Positions 39,701 through 49,867 of a DNA stretch of 64,000 bases are shown one piece after another. Under the pieces are notes generated by a model. That model worked only from the letters and a program-made list of their open reading frames with translations. It was not told where the DNA came from and ran no database searches. A program made the translations under genes and the position numbers. Positions within the stretch are counted from its first letter, which is position 1; each line of letters opens with the position of its first letter. This DNA comes from a virus (Duplodnaviria > Caudoviricetes), in the IMG/VR virus record IMGVR_UViG_3300033072_000529, one strand, 5' to 3'.

Positions 39701-40413
39701 ACCCCTGCAACTACATTGGTAGTATATCCAACACATGCTAAACCAGATGAGCGAGTGCTTAATATATTTCCTAATACTTCTATATTATTAACTATTTCTA
39801 CAGTATCAAACACTGCTACATCAGGTGTATCAACCCCTATGGGACCAGGAGATGCAGGATCGAATGGAACTGCCGATAGTTGCCATATAGATGAATTAGC
39901 TAACACTGTAGTATATGTATCATTCCATATGGCCGATGCTGGATATATATCCGTGAAATTACTTCGGAATTTAGCAACATCCGCTGCATTTAGACGTTCC
40001 AATATATTTCCCACGTTATCGATGAAATATACAGTGCTGGCACCTACGTATAATGTACCGGTTGATATAGTCGGAACACTCAGATTACCAACCATTGTAT
40101 CACCCGATATATTAACATATCGAGCATCAGCAGTTGCATTAGTTAGATATGACGATGAATTGGTATTGAATGATGTATATACATCTTGCCAATTACTAGA
40201 TGCAGAATAAACTGTATTGGTGGTGTTGCACGCAGATAACCAGCATGCACTATTAGTTCTGACGGTATTATTAACTAGTTCGTCATCGGAACCAGAGTAG
40301 TCTTCTAATGTCTGTAATATCAATGATGATACAGACGGCACAAATTCGATTATCTGTGACGTTAATACAGGTCTGCTCAGGGTGGTTACTTTTAATGTTG
40401 GAGGACAAGACAC
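36724..40413 (-). CDS. long tail fibre protein
   Basis: Repeated W.NTY.TV..NSASW blocks, YVNISGDTM.G.L, GNVGIG...P...LDV.G motifs. Confidence 0.8.
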   Translation of the reverse strand: MSCPPTLKVTTLSRPVLTSQIIEFVPSVSSLILQTLEDYSGSDDELVNNTVRTNSACWLSACNTTNTVYSASSNWQDVYTSFNTNSSSYLTNATADARYVNISGDTMVGNLSVPTISTGTLYVGASTVYFIDNVGNILERLNAADVAKFRSNFTDIYPASAIWNDTYTTVLANSSIWQLSAVPFDPASPGPIGVDTPDVAVFDTVEIVNNIEVLGNILSTRSSGLACVGYTTNVVAGVYGGFDGTNILGSYFQLFGTAHPGTGFTPPGGGEFIINSTNGPTKFVVGDFNGSTYANRFTVTSDGNVGIGIADPAHALDVDGTIVATGGNSTQWNNTFNTVTNNSATWSEVPPLSTVMWNNTYTTVNTNSASWLYTSSPNITANNITTELGNPLTISTSDGNNNITINPAGDGMILVKDMARFGGMSQRSDIRFSGDRMYFTGDGHTGVWYGAQKELGLASSVWGEDNQYYLGRPNDKRWKQILLGELGMRLGDGTYGPSITANGVAPNEDLVITPGVSANTLINSPVIVTGPIYAPNGNSVQWNNSYNTVLSNSASWAGSGTETDPIFTAWAQANSANFYTVNGGQLYGPLSTLSTLSALSANFNAIQFANGGAPERKEGIVFYDNSSHTLSYYNEIPGVTINLGQEEVARMCNNTGSTIANGRVVYLQGFGFGIALPSVALADASYTASAASVVFGVTTSSIMGDGTDVGYVTKRGIVHSINVGTSEFIEGDVLYLSTTPGMLTNIPPTKPNHIVRVGMVVATGGSSPNNLIDLFVDIDEHDTLNELHNVILTNPVDANILRYNSLSGGYWYNATTSAWDEVSTVFGNQSANNISVYTTVLTNSASWDNSMLGTMSLQNANSAYITGGGVYNLSALSLSSSGTLTGMGALSVTRLRLGTSAADGILLTNTISAGNAAQQTSPALHFSGQGYKSTAPATSMPVDWRIYDLPIQGAAAPTGKLMIDSSVNNSAFSNVIQIRSDVDYNKPWIATQSGAVGFGAGNGGLMQFIVNTGERMVLSDNGLPGGNSYLMVGLDAGFCWRNANGSVGNGGNFGTVLACDAIGAMAQRNSTNAQIFRIYNTYTSTTKYERGKLEWSGNALNVGTEKGSGGGTARDMNLQTDGTTRATLSATGPLVLATDLYIGTAGKGLYIKEGSNATSGIVTLVGGTATVSTTKVTANSRIFLTVNGGTLTNVGSPYISARTAGTSFAITSTNASDASDVAWFIIEPA

Positions 40414-40442
40414 ATTAGTATTTAACTATTAATGCCTTTATA

Positions 40443-40802
40443 TTACGTACAATCAATTGATAGTTTTTGATATTCGTATGCTATACCCTTACCTGCACTT
40501 AGAGTGATGCTAGTCAACGGTGCATACCATGTATATCCAGCAGGGAAAGAGAATCCGTTATAAGTTGATGGATTAACCGCATATATACTGTTACCACAAT
40601 AATCAACTGTACGAAATGCTGCACTTGTTATTGTAGTAGCTTGGGTGAAATCTATTTGATAAAACACGTATGCGGAATTAGTCGGCGTGAATGTACCTAC
40701 GCCTGATAATGCAACTTGTCCGTGCCCACCGTATTGCAACTCTTGTGCGAATAGCATACGACGTTCTGGTGCAGTTAAATGAATACTTGGTTGTAAATAC
40801 AT
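40443..40802 (-). CDS. small virion protein
   Basis: TATAAATA upstream; beta-rich, ...TSITLSAG..IAY end. Confidence 0.55.
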   Translation of the reverse strand: MYLQPSIHLTAPERRMLFAQELQYGGHGQVALSGVGTFTPTNSAYVFYQIDFTQATTITSAAFRTVDYCGNSIYAVNPSTYNGFSFPAGYTWYAPLTSITLSAGKGIAYEYQKLSIDCT

Positions 40803-40816
40803 ATAATTATTTATAG

Positions 40817-42094
40817 TTATAAGTCGTCAACTGTGATATTGGCCAGAGTCATCAAATCTCGTATCTTCTGCAACACTGCATCACGATCCACAGAATAATC
40901 CACGGATATAGAGGGTTTGTCGTAATCAATAACGTTATTTATATTATAATTACTAGATACTATCAATCCGTTCAAATAAGGGTATTGGTCAACCACCCAA
41001 GAATAATATTCCGGTAAATCTGTTGTATAGGGGTTTCGGGCTCTAGCACATCTGTTAGAATCAACCGTTAATTGGCCATAACCACACGAATTCACAGCTA
41101 TGATATCAACAAATCCATATGCGGATGGCGGAGGTAGGGTGAACGTTATTTCAGTAGGAGACACAATATTATAATCTCGCACAACTTTACCAGTCATTAC
41201 CCGCATGTCGCCTTGAGCAGACCCCGGTATAAAACTAACTGTATCCCTATACATTTCAGGATTGCTACCACTAACAAACATTGCAAAGGTATTATTAAAT
41301 CCTTCCCCATTCAGTTTAATAGTTGGGGTATCGCCTTCTTTGAAGTAATAATGATCCACGAATCTTATAACAGGTGCACCAGGAATTTCATATGACAATC
41401 TTGCAGAACTTAGAGTATTAGCTGATAATGATGCATATTTACAGTACATCTTATCTGTAAAGATTATATCATCATATATATAGCATATAGGTTTATCTTG
41501 GGGTACTTTGGTTTTGAATAGCCAAGTTTTTATAGTGAATCCCGTTTTCGCCACTATAATGATATTATCCTTTGGAGTGCTTTGGGGATACCCTGGATAC
41601 TCCATGTTGACTTGTCCGTCCCAAACCACCTGTACAGTTAATTTGTTTTTAGTAACTGGTTCCTGTATATCATATGCTATATACGGATCAGATTGAACTG
41701 CGAAATTTTGGATAATCTGTTCTATATCAAATCTATACTTGGATACTATTTGCACTTCTACATCAATATTCCAAGGAATAGCCTTGATATTAACCATTTT
41801 CCCCCCTTGTTCAGGAAATCTATAGTTCATAGTATCCGCTTTGTTTAACACGCGATCATTATCCCGGTTCATACCTTTGGTAATGACTGCCATTGCAGGG
41901 TATTTTATGGTATCCGTTTGGCCCTTCAAATCAAATAAGGTGCGAGATTTAGGCCCAGTCAATACATTCACTAATATCTGATCAGTTATACGTCCCGTTT
42001 CAAAATCAATTCTATTGATTTTTATATCATCCAATGCGGATTCAAAAATCAATATATTCTTGAGTATTTCTAAGTTGAAGTTGTAATCCTGCAT
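40817..42094 (-). CDS. gp15: tail terminator gp15-like with C-terminal IPT/TIG-type Ig extension
   Basis: F...DDI.I.R, GPK, P.M, D..R, P.NI..E..I.......QII.N, F.IK.WLF; then P.I...G...I...G.GF. Confidence 0.7.
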   Translation of the reverse strand: MQDYNFNLEILKNILIFESALDDIKINRIDFETGRITDQILVNVLTGPKSRTLFDLKGQTDTIKYPAMAVITKGMNRDNDRVLNKADTMNYRFPEQGGKMVNIKAIPWNIDVEVQIVSKYRFDIEQIIQNFAVQSDPYIAYDIQEPVTKNKLTVQVVWDGQVNMEYPGYPQSTPKDNIIIVAKTGFTIKTWLFKTKVPQDKPICYIYDDIIFTDKMYCKYASLSANTLSSARLSYEIPGAPVIRFVDHYYFKEGDTPTIKLNGEGFNNTFAMFVSGSNPEMYRDTVSFIPGSAQGDMRVMTGKVVRDYNIVSPTEITFTLPPPSAYGFVDIIAVNSCGYGQLTVDSNRCARARNPYTTDLPEYYSWVVDQYPYLNGLIVSSNYNINNVIDYDKPSISVDYSVDRDAVLQKIRDLMTLANITVDDL

Positions 42095-42120
42095 GTATGA
42101 TGTTATTTATAAATATAGAT

Positions 42121-42876
42121 GTGTCCTATACCGGAATAGATTTCTCGTTTTCTCCTAATAATAGCTTTACATTTGACCCTACGGGCAAGTATACAGCACG
42201 GGGAAACAATCCATATATTCCTAATTGCGATTCATCCAAGGCTTTAAAAGAAATTCAACACAAGCGTACAGCGGAAGTTATCAACATGACTGGCATGGAT
42301 ATAACATATCTACCAGTTAAATATAACACCAAGAAAGCAGTACCTGGATATGGAGAGGATGCAATATCAGGTTTCCATCATGGTCGTAAAATGAAAGCTA
42401 GTATAAATCTAGCATCTTATACCGTGTTTATGACACCCTTTGGTAATATGTCCGATTCTGATATAGTCATATATATAGCTATCAAAGAATTCGAAAAAGT
42501 GTGGGGTCCAGCATCGTCAGGTATATATCCCTTGGCAGGCGATCTGTTCTATATAAATGATTCCGCATGTGATAGACCTCTACAACAATCCCCCATGGTG
42601 TATGAGATATCCGAAAAAGATGACAAGGCAAATCCTGTAGATTTCTTATTTGGACACTATGTCTATAAATTGGACGCTAAACGCTTTGCTTATAGCTATC
42701 AACCTAATAGTCCAGAAGAAAGATTTTCAGATGATAATCCATCAGATACTAAACAATACGGTAGATTACCCGATGGAGATAATCCACCTGATCTATCCAA
42801 TACGGACTATGACGTAGATGTGGAAGTATCTAAAGAGTTTGTCCAGAAGAAATCCATAACCTATGGTGGATACTAA
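42121..42876 (+). CDS. gp14: neck/head-closure protein, gp14-like
   Basis: E.I...G.D..YLP, YGED, FG....D, P..GDL.Y, YKL....F.YS; GTG start after TATAAATA. Confidence 0.8.
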   Translation: MSYTGIDFSFSPNNSFTFDPTGKYTARGNNPYIPNCDSSKALKEIQHKRTAEVINMTGMDITYLPVKYNTKKAVPGYGEDAISGFHHGRKMKASINLASYTVFMTPFGNMSDSDIVIYIAIKEFEKVWGPASSGIYPLAGDLFYINDSACDRPLQQSPMVYEISEKDDKANPVDFLFGHYVYKLDAKRFAYSYQPNSPEERFSDDNPSDTKQYGRLPDGDNPPDLSNTDYDVDVEVSKEFVQKKSITYGGY

Positions 42877-42887
42877 TAAATAAAGAT

Positions 42888-43577
42888 ATGCAACAATATA
42901 ATGTAGTCCGAAAACTTATAGTAGAATCACCTATGTATGATTTGAAATATGAAACTATACAGGAAAATAGATCAGAGGAAAGAAAACTCATGATAAATGG
43001 ACGGTATTTGATGCTTAATAGAATCAATAAAAATCGTCGTATATATGAATCTTCTGAGATGATCCCAGCTATAGAAGCATTCCATAAAGATTTCATAATG
43101 GATAATCGAGGTGGGGGTGAATGTAACCATAGCCCTGATCCAGAAGTAAAGTTGGACAGATTGGCCCATAAAATAGTATCGCTAACTCGCGATCCTCAAG
43201 ACGAGGATTTTTATATAGGTCGTTCAGAAATTATCACCGCGAATCCCCCAGGTCGCATATTAGAAGGTCTTATCAAGCATAATATGAAATTCGGGTTGAG
43301 CAGTAAAGCCTTGGGTATAATCGAGGAAGGCAGTGATGGTAATAAAGTCAAGAAACCGATTCTGTTATCAGTGGATGCGGTGTATGATCCATCTGCAAGT
43401 CCATGTTTCATTAATGGTATCTATGAAAATAGGGAATATATCATAGGCAATGACGGCAAGGCACATGAGGCATTCACTCAATTGACTAAAGATTTATCTA
43501 AATATCCCTCAAGACATTCTGATGCAATCAAAGCCCATATCGTGGAATCTTTCAAGAAGATGTTAGCAAATATATAA
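42888..43577 (+). CDS. gp21: prohead protease, gp21-like
   Basis: N.NRRIY, GECNH, H.I..L, P.G.IL..L, FGLSSKALG, D.V.DPSA. Confidence 0.92.
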   Translation: MQQYNVVRKLIVESPMYDLKYETIQENRSEERKLMINGRYLMLNRINKNRRIYESSEMIPAIEAFHKDFIMDNRGGGECNHSPDPEVKLDRLAHKIVSLTRDPQDEDFYIGRSEIITANPPGRILEGLIKHNMKFGLSSKALGIIEEGSDGNKVKKPILLSVDAVYDPSASPCFINGIYENREYIIGNDGKAHEAFTQLTKDLSKYPSRHSDAIKAHIVESFKKMLANI

Positions 43578-43578
43578 T

Positions 43579-44031
43579 ATGAATCGTTTTAATACCTTTG
43601 TTAAATTGGCACTAGAGAATGATGTTGAATCATTACCTATAATTACCCCTGTTACTGATGTTGAGATCATAACTGATCAACCAGTAGGATGCACTATAGA
43701 GGATATACAGCATTATCTATCAGTTGTATCAGATATGGAACAACGTTTAGATGATGATCTATTCAAGGGTCATAAAACATCTTTAGAATATGCCTTGGGC
43801 AAGGTACGCCGAGCATTGCATAGAGTATTGCGCGATAATCCAGCATGCCATGAAATGGATTGCAACTCCGAATCTACTGATAATGCTGAATTAGAAATGG
43901 GTATAGATGATGAAGCAGAAGAGCATGAAGATGTAACCCATGGTGATAAAGACGTGGCAGAAAAAATCGCTAAAGGACATCTAAAACAAAATCCCAAGTA
44001 TTATACTAAATTGAAAAAATGCGGGTTATAA
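43579..44031 (+). CDS. DUF5661-like protein with leader-like N-terminus
   Basis: EL.MG...E.EH......A.KIA..HL...P.YY.KL; MNRFNTFVKLALE. Confidence 0.65.
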   Translation: MNRFNTFVKLALENDVESLPIITPVTDVEIITDQPVGCTIEDIQHYLSVVSDMEQRLDDDLFKGHKTSLEYALGKVRRALHRVLRDNPACHEMDCNSESTDNAELEMGIDDEAEEHEDVTHGDKDVAEKIAKGHLKQNPKYYTKLKKCGL

Positions 44032-44050
44032 ATTAACCCGCCATATAAAC

Positions 44051-44090
44051 AAAAACCCGAACATAGTGATATATGTTCGGGTTTTATTTT
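44051..44090 (+). terminator. intrinsic terminator
   Basis: AAAACCCGAACATA...TATGTTCGGGTTTT. Confidence 0.75.
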
Positions 44091-44125
44091 TGTTACTATG
44101 TAGTATAAAAGATAAATATTTCATT

Positions 44126-44290
44126 ATGACTGGCGAAGTACAACAACAAATCAATAAATTCCTGTTTCATTTATCCCAACAAGATTATGCACAAGCGCAT
44201 GCTGCATTGGAAAAAACGCAACAGATAAAGATAGATAAGATATACGAAGAAGAATATGCCAAAGCAGAGGCAGCTCTCAAAACTAAATAA
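44126..44290 (+). CDS. small prohead core protein (gp67-like position)
   Basis: Start reassigned to ATG 44126 after TAAATA; helical, immediately before scaffold. Confidence 0.55.
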   Translation: MTGEVQQQINKFLFHLSQQDYAQAHAALEKTQQIKIDKIYEEEYAKAEAALKTK

Positions 44291-44315
44291 TATCTATTTG
44301 TATAAATAAACTTAT

Positions 44316-45209
44316 ATGGAAAACGAATTGTCCTCAATTTTAGAATCAATTGATAAAGAAATCTTTACAGAAGATGTGAAGAAACAATTGAGTGCCTATG
44401 TAGAATCTCTTACTGAGAAAAAAGCTGAAAAGCTGGTGTCTGAACGGACACATTTAGCAGTAGAAGCCGCATTGAAAACTCAAGATGAAGATTATGCTAG
44501 AAAATTAGCACAATATGCAGAAGCAGTCGATATAGATCGAACCAATAAAACTAAACTTATTGTTAAGCATCTAAATGAAGACTTCAAGGCCAAAATGAAA
44601 CAACTATCTGAGGCATACGAAAGTATATTGAAGAAGAAAGCAGTGGACACCCAAATGCACATAGTGCGTTCTGTTGATGCCTTCTTGGATCAATATATTG
44701 AACAAACCTGTCCAGTTGGTATGATCGCAGAGGCTGCAAAGAATAATATTGCTGCTAAGACTCTGGATAGCATTCGCAATGCCGTTGGTATTGATGCTAA
44801 ACTAGTGAGCGAAAATGTTAAGACTGCCGTAAAAGATGGTAAAGCCAAGATAGATGCATTAGCTAAGGAAAAGCAACGCTTAGCTAGAGAAAATGCAAAT
44901 ATCAAAAAGGCTGCACTATTAGCAGAAGCAACTATCAATCTTCCTAAAGCGAAAGCTAAATTTATAGTGGAACAGCTTAAAGACAAGCCTTTGGACTTTG
45001 TAAAAGCTAATATCAAGTTTGTATCAGAAATGTTTGATCGTCCGATTAATCGTAGACAATCAGCATTCGATGCTACACCTGTTAATAACGTGGATCGGCA
45101 AAAGGTAGCTGATGAGTTAATTAGAGAAAACGCTGAGAATCAGCCAACTTATTTAGGTAGCACTGACGCTATCTCAATGTACATGGAAGGCTTGAAACAC
45201 AGACGCTAA
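44316..45209 (+). CDS. gp22: prohead scaffold, gp22-like
   Basis: Coiled-coil, VDAFLD..I, MYM..L end; between protease and major capsid gene. Confidence 0.8.
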   Translation: MENELSSILESIDKEIFTEDVKKQLSAYVESLTEKKAEKLVSERTHLAVEAALKTQDEDYARKLAQYAEAVDIDRTNKTKLIVKHLNEDFKAKMKQLSEAYESILKKKAVDTQMHIVRSVDAFLDQYIEQTCPVGMIAEAAKNNIAAKTLDSIRNAVGIDAKLVSENVKTAVKDGKAKIDALAKEKQRLARENANIKKAALLAEATINLPKAKAKFIVEQLKDKPLDFVKANIKFVSEMFDRPINRRQSAFDATPVNNVDRQKVADELIRENAENQPTYLGSTDAISMYMEGLKHRR

Positions 45210-45254
45210 TATAAGTCAATCGAAAATTGACTAAAATTCAGTAAATATAAACAT

Positions 45255-46847
45255 ATGCTAAACCTAGCCTCAAACTACGTAGATTCTGCCCCTTCCTTGA
45301 TCAACAAGGAACGAGGTCGCCAATTAATCGCTAAGTGGAAACCAGTATTGGAACACTCAGACAGTCAAACCAAACCTATTATAGGTGCACACAAGCAACT
45401 TACAACCGCTATCGTCTTGGAAAGCCAAGAAAGATGGTTGGCTGAAAACGGACACATGTCCCGTCGTCTAATGCAAGAAGCCCTTCCTACCGGAAGTGGT
45501 GCAGGTGGTCCTCCACTTGTATCAGGTGGAACAAATACTGCATTCGGCTCCGTTAATAACGGTCAATACGGTGGTATTGGTCAAGCTACCAATGGTGCTG
45601 GTATTAATACCAACTCCGACTGGTATGCACCAGGAGACGCCCGTCTTCCTAAGACCGTTATTCCGATGATCCGTCGTACCTTCCCTGAATTGATCACCCA
45701 CGAAATCGTTGGTGTTCAACCAATGGCAGGTCCAGTCGGTCTTGCGTTCGCTCTTCGTTATTTCTATGATGAAGACCCTCTTGCATGTTCACCTTATAAT
45801 GATCGCGGCTGTTCAGGTTCCAAAACCTATCCAACTGGTCACTTAGGCACTTCAAATAACGAAGTTGGTTATAACCAACTATTCACCGGTCACACTGGTA
45901 TTACTGCTGCTGGCTTGTCTGGTCTAGGTCTAACAACCTCCACCACTGGTTCTGCTACTGCATTCCCATTCGTTCCTGGCCAAGATACTGGTGTTGCTCA
46001 ATTGCTATCACATTTTGAAGCATCTTCCAATATCCCAACTATGTCACTTAAGATTGACAAGCAAGCTGTTGAAGCTGGTACTCGTCGTCTTGCTACTAGC
46101 TGGTCTATCGAACTTGAACAAGATATCATGAACATGAACGGAATCGACATCGATTCCGAAATGACAAATGCTATGTCTTATGAAATTCAAGCAGAAATCG
46201 ACCGTGAAATGGTTGTTCGCATGATTCAAGCTGCTCTAAATGCTGGTAATGGTACAGGTTATTCAATCTGGAAGCCAGGTCTTGCAGATGGTCGTTGGCT
46301 CGCTGAACGTGGTGTAGATTTCTACTCCAAGATCATCATCGAAGCTAACCGTATCGCTATCCGTAACCGTCGTGGTCCTGCTAACTTCATCATCGCTACT
46401 CCTAAGGTTTGTACTATCCTACAACTCCTAAAAGAGTTCGCTCCGTTCAATATCAACTCTGCTGTGCAAACTCACCCTAATGGTGTTGCTCGCGTAGGTA
46501 CTCTTGCTGGTCAGTTCACCCTGTATCGCGATACCCGTACCGAAGCACAATACCTATCAGGTGTTCGTGCTGAGCCAGTAGAATATGCTCTATTGGGTTA
46601 TAAAGGTGCTGAATTCTGGGATACCGGTTTGATCTACTGCCCATATATTCCAGTGCTTGTACAACGTACAATCGCTCCTCATACCTTCACCCCAATCGTG
46701 GGTATGATGACCCGTTATGGTGTGGTTGACCACATGTTTGGTATAGAAAACTTCTACCACATCATTATCGCTAAAGATTTGAATAGAACAGTGACATGGG
46801 ATGGATGCGCAGCATCTGCCTGCTCACCAGTCTATTTGGGTCAATAA
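45255..46847 (+). CDS. gp23: major capsid protein, gp23-like
   Basis: KW.PVL, IRR.FP.LI..EIVGVQPM.GPVGL.FALR, EIQAEIDRE, RRG..NF, GYKG...D.G..YCPYIP, F.P..G..TRYG. Confidence 0.97.
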   Translation: MLNLASNYVDSAPSLINKERGRQLIAKWKPVLEHSDSQTKPIIGAHKQLTTAIVLESQERWLAENGHMSRRLMQEALPTGSGAGGPPLVSGGTNTAFGSVNNGQYGGIGQATNGAGINTNSDWYAPGDARLPKTVIPMIRRTFPELITHEIVGVQPMAGPVGLAFALRYFYDEDPLACSPYNDRGCSGSKTYPTGHLGTSNNEVGYNQLFTGHTGITAAGLSGLGLTTSTTGSATAFPFVPGQDTGVAQLLSHFEASSNIPTMSLKIDKQAVEAGTRRLATSWSIELEQDIMNMNGIDIDSEMTNAMSYEIQAEIDREMVVRMIQAALNAGNGTGYSIWKPGLADGRWLAERGVDFYSKIIIEANRIAIRNRRGPANFIIATPKVCTILQLLKEFAPFNINSAVQTHPNGVARVGTLAGQFTLYRDTRTEAQYLSGVRAEPVEYALLGYKGAEFWDTGLIYCPYIPVLVQRTIAPHTFTPIVGMMTRYGVVDHMFGIENFYHIIIAKDLNRTVTWDGCAASACSPVYLGQ

Positions 46848-46867
46848 TAGATAACAATTAAAACTTC

Positions 46868-46900
46868 AAACCCGCAAGGCTAACCCCTTGCGGGTTTTTT
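46868..46900. terminator. intrinsic terminator between convergent genes
   Basis: AAACCCGCAAGG...CCTTGCGGGTTTTTT. Confidence 0.85.
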
Positions 46901-46901
46901 A

Positions 46902-48398
46902 TTATCTATACCAAGTATACACTAATTGCCCGCAATCCCATATCCTATCATAACCTTTTTCTTGCATAATATCCCATTCAGTTCTAGACATATCTACCTC
47001 TGGATATTTTATATGTATACGAGCTTTGGTATAATTGGACCTATGATATAGGTGTAAATAGTCGGTCTTGGCCATATACCAGTATCTAGGTTTAGATATC
47101 CCTGTTAATACCATTCCTAATTGAGAATATAAATTGCCATTACTCCAGCGTCTATCTGCATATGATATAATAGATGATGGATTATATTCATTTTGAAATG
47201 CTTTTAATAGTTTGCCCGCTGCTCCTACTACTGTAGTATTCAGCTTATTGCAATATCGAACAATCTCCCATTCATATTTTTTAGAGTACCGAGGCTTACC
47301 AAAAGTCATCAATGCAACTAGTTCTTCATCCATATATAGCCCTAATTTTACAGTTGAATTACAATCACCTTGTATGTGGGAATTATCAAGGAAGCTTCTA
47401 CTGTCTGATATAGATACATGTCTAACGTCACACTTTCTGGCATATAATTTGTTAGTGCATCTACCGAGTTTACTACGTAACATAGATTTACATATATCTT
47501 TCTTATTAAGCCATTCATTTTCAAATATATGAATCAATTGTATACCTTTGGCTTCGCATCTATCGGTTTTATCTAAGTGATAATTTATGGATTTTCCTCC
47601 CGATAACTCGGAATGCCTATATGTACCATCGTGTTCTATAGCTTTTTTTAGAGATGGGATGTATATATCTAATTCTTTTCCATCTCCTAATATATGTCTA
47701 TTATTTCTAATAGTAGATAAACCACAATCTATTTCGATGAAAGTGTTAATCTCATTCTCTGCTTTTGAGACGGCACAGTAGGGGCAACCATTGCCTATGT
47801 TGACATGTGAATATGCCAACTGTTGGAATTCTTTCCCACACACATTGTGTCGTATAGTTACTCTATCATGTGAATGGTTGATAGTAGTATCAGTATAGTC
47901 ATATTCATTCGCTGCATGATGCATATGCGCCAATTTTACAAATTTATCATAACAGTTGGATTTGTTAATGCGTTGGGATTCCCGCGCACAAGATGGACAT
48001 CGATGACCTTTTTTTATATTAGCAGGTAATATATTAAAGTCTATATTATGGGTAGTGCACCGCATAACGACTTTCGTTTTATTGTTTATATACGGACCAA
48101 TTCTGATATATTGGGTTTCACCGTGTACTGATTTGACTTTATTATCAAATTCTTCTGGAGAATCGCGAATAGTATTTCCCGTATTCTTCACTCTACAGTT
48201 GAAGCACCCTCTACCTTGTAAATGCCGCGATGCCACCTGTTGAAAAGTGGTATTACATCTCAAACATAATATATCTATTCGGTCACTCATCTTGTGGAGT
48301 GACACATTATCATAGTTATACCAACCTGTAGGATGTTTTAGGTTGGCTTTCTTTTTAAATACTTCGAGTATATTCATTGTGATTGGCTCAACTTTCAA
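46902..48398 (-). mobile_element. Hef-like homing endonuclease with N-terminal zinc-ribbon repeats
   Basis: Three HL.G.GC..C-type repeats, ELDIYIP...AIE.DG.Y.HS, IFE.EW, YARKC, SYADRRWS.G, RIWDCG. Confidence 0.8.
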
Positions 48399-48732
48399 AG
48401 ATAAAAGTCAACCAAGAAGGATTTCTTTTGGACGTATTATCATATAAAGCTTTGTCACTCGTTATGGTAATCCACTCTTGGTTATCGCCCCAATGAATAG
48501 TTTTATCTGAAATCAGTTCTATATTAAATGGGAATTTTAGAGTGCTATTATAGATTGTCGCTAGAGCATATACTGCCTCTATAGGATGATTAGTGCAATA
48601 CCATAATACATCGCCATCCCCTCCCTCTGATATACAAGCATGGTATAGGGTATCTAAGTTTTTTAATATACATTCTGTGTCCATAGTAACAATATTATCG
48701 CTTGAAGCAATTCCTACAGTCGATTCTGGCAA
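48388..48732 (-). CDS. hypothetical protein (start uncertain)
   Basis: ORF between ligase and endonuclease. Confidence 0.5.
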   Translation of the reverse strand: MPESTVGIASSDNIVTMDTECILKNLDTLYHACISEGGDGDVLWYCTNHPIEAVYALATIYNSTLKFPFNIELISDKTIHWGDNQEWITITSDKALYDNTSKRNPSWLTFIFES

Positions 48733-49834
48733 AATTGGGAACGCCTAACCCTGTCAATCCGTTATATAAGAAGGTCACATTTTCTTTACCCACCCAATCT
48801 GCTTGATTATTCCATATCTCTATAGCATCATCCTTGCCACCTTTGAGGGACGCATCAAACACTTTACCATTCCATTCAATGGTAAAGGTCTTACATTTAT
48901 TGGCCCAATTGCCATCCCCATCATTTATTTTAAGGATTTTACATTCACTGGAATCTTCGGCTTTGATCTTTAGTAGATTTTTACTGCGTTTATGCTCATA
49001 TGGAGCATGTTTAAGTCGGCCCATTAAACCTTCTTGTCCGTCGTTCACAACGGAATTGAATAAGCTGCTCAATTCGACTTCACTACCTATTTCATAATCC
49101 GGCACGGCTCTATACATTTTAGTATACTTTGGAAGTGTCTCATCTATCCAGGCTTTTCTGATGATATACGGAGTGACTTTATCCGCTTCATTTCGATATC
49201 CATCATATACATAGTATCTAACCTTTTCTGCACTAGCATAATAGTCATCTACTGTGATATGCACCTTCTTGTTGATCAACTTCATCAACTCGTTCAATGA
49301 TTGCCGAAGATCATAATTATATAATTCTCCATCTAATACAGCTTCTGGATAATCTTGGAAGAAGGCTTGTAAATCGATCCAAATATGGGGGACGCTCTGA
49401 TATTCTTCCCCAGTTCTAGTATACAGTCCTTTTTGAGACGCCACACATCGAGCACCATTATACTTTATCTGGTAAATCCATTCACCATTGAAGAAGTCGA
49501 TCTTATCTTTATAATCCTTATACTTCTTAGCGGTCATAGGTTCGATGAACTGTTTATCATCAATATCATCTATGGAATCCTTATACTGCTCCTTGCGTTT
49601 CTTTTTATATTTTGATAATACTTCGGCGGTTGCTTGTTCTTCGCCTGTGGTCGCATTAGCTTTACCAGTATTTTTAGGTTTAGCCACTGTCCAATCCGAT
49701 GTCACAATTTGGCCATCTTTAATACCAGAATTGGTTCTATATTTATTTCCCTCTTGTTCCATCCACCACACCAAAGTGGCTCCAGTGGATGATCGCCCAT
49801 ATAAAGTAGAATAGGTAGTCAGTGTATCAGTCAT
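48695..49834 (-). CDS. lig: ATP-dependent DNA ligase
   Basis: PM.A, Q.KYNG.RC (motif I), LDGELY, Y.YD, EG.M.R, Y..KRS.NLLK.K; start moved to ATG 49834 after TTGACT-16 bp-TATTAT. Confidence 0.9.
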   Translation of the reverse strand: MTDTLTTYSTLYGRSSTGATLVWWMEQEGNKYRTNSGIKDGQIVTSDWTVAKPKNTGKANATTGEEQATAEVLSKYKKKRKEQYKDSIDDIDDKQFIEPMTAKKYKDYKDKIDFFNGEWIYQIKYNGARCVASQKGLYTRTGEEYQSVPHIWIDLQAFFQDYPEAVLDGELYNYDLRQSLNELMKLINKKVHITVDDYYASAEKVRYYVYDGYRNEADKVTPYIIRKAWIDETLPKYTKMYRAVPDYEIGSEVELSSLFNSVVNDGQEGLMGRLKHAPYEHKRSKNLLKIKAEDSSECKILKINDGDGNWANKCKTFTIEWNGKVFDASLKGGKDDAIEIWNNQADWVGKENVTFLYNGLTGLGVPNFARIDCRNCFKR

Positions 49835-49867
49835 ATACCATAATACACTATAAACGTCCGTAGTCAA

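Noticed and set aside
36773-40210. Series of + strand ORFs antisense to the tail fibre (similar ones opposite gp18, gp17 and 25828-27081)
   Set aside because: Shadow frames of real genes with no promoters or motifs
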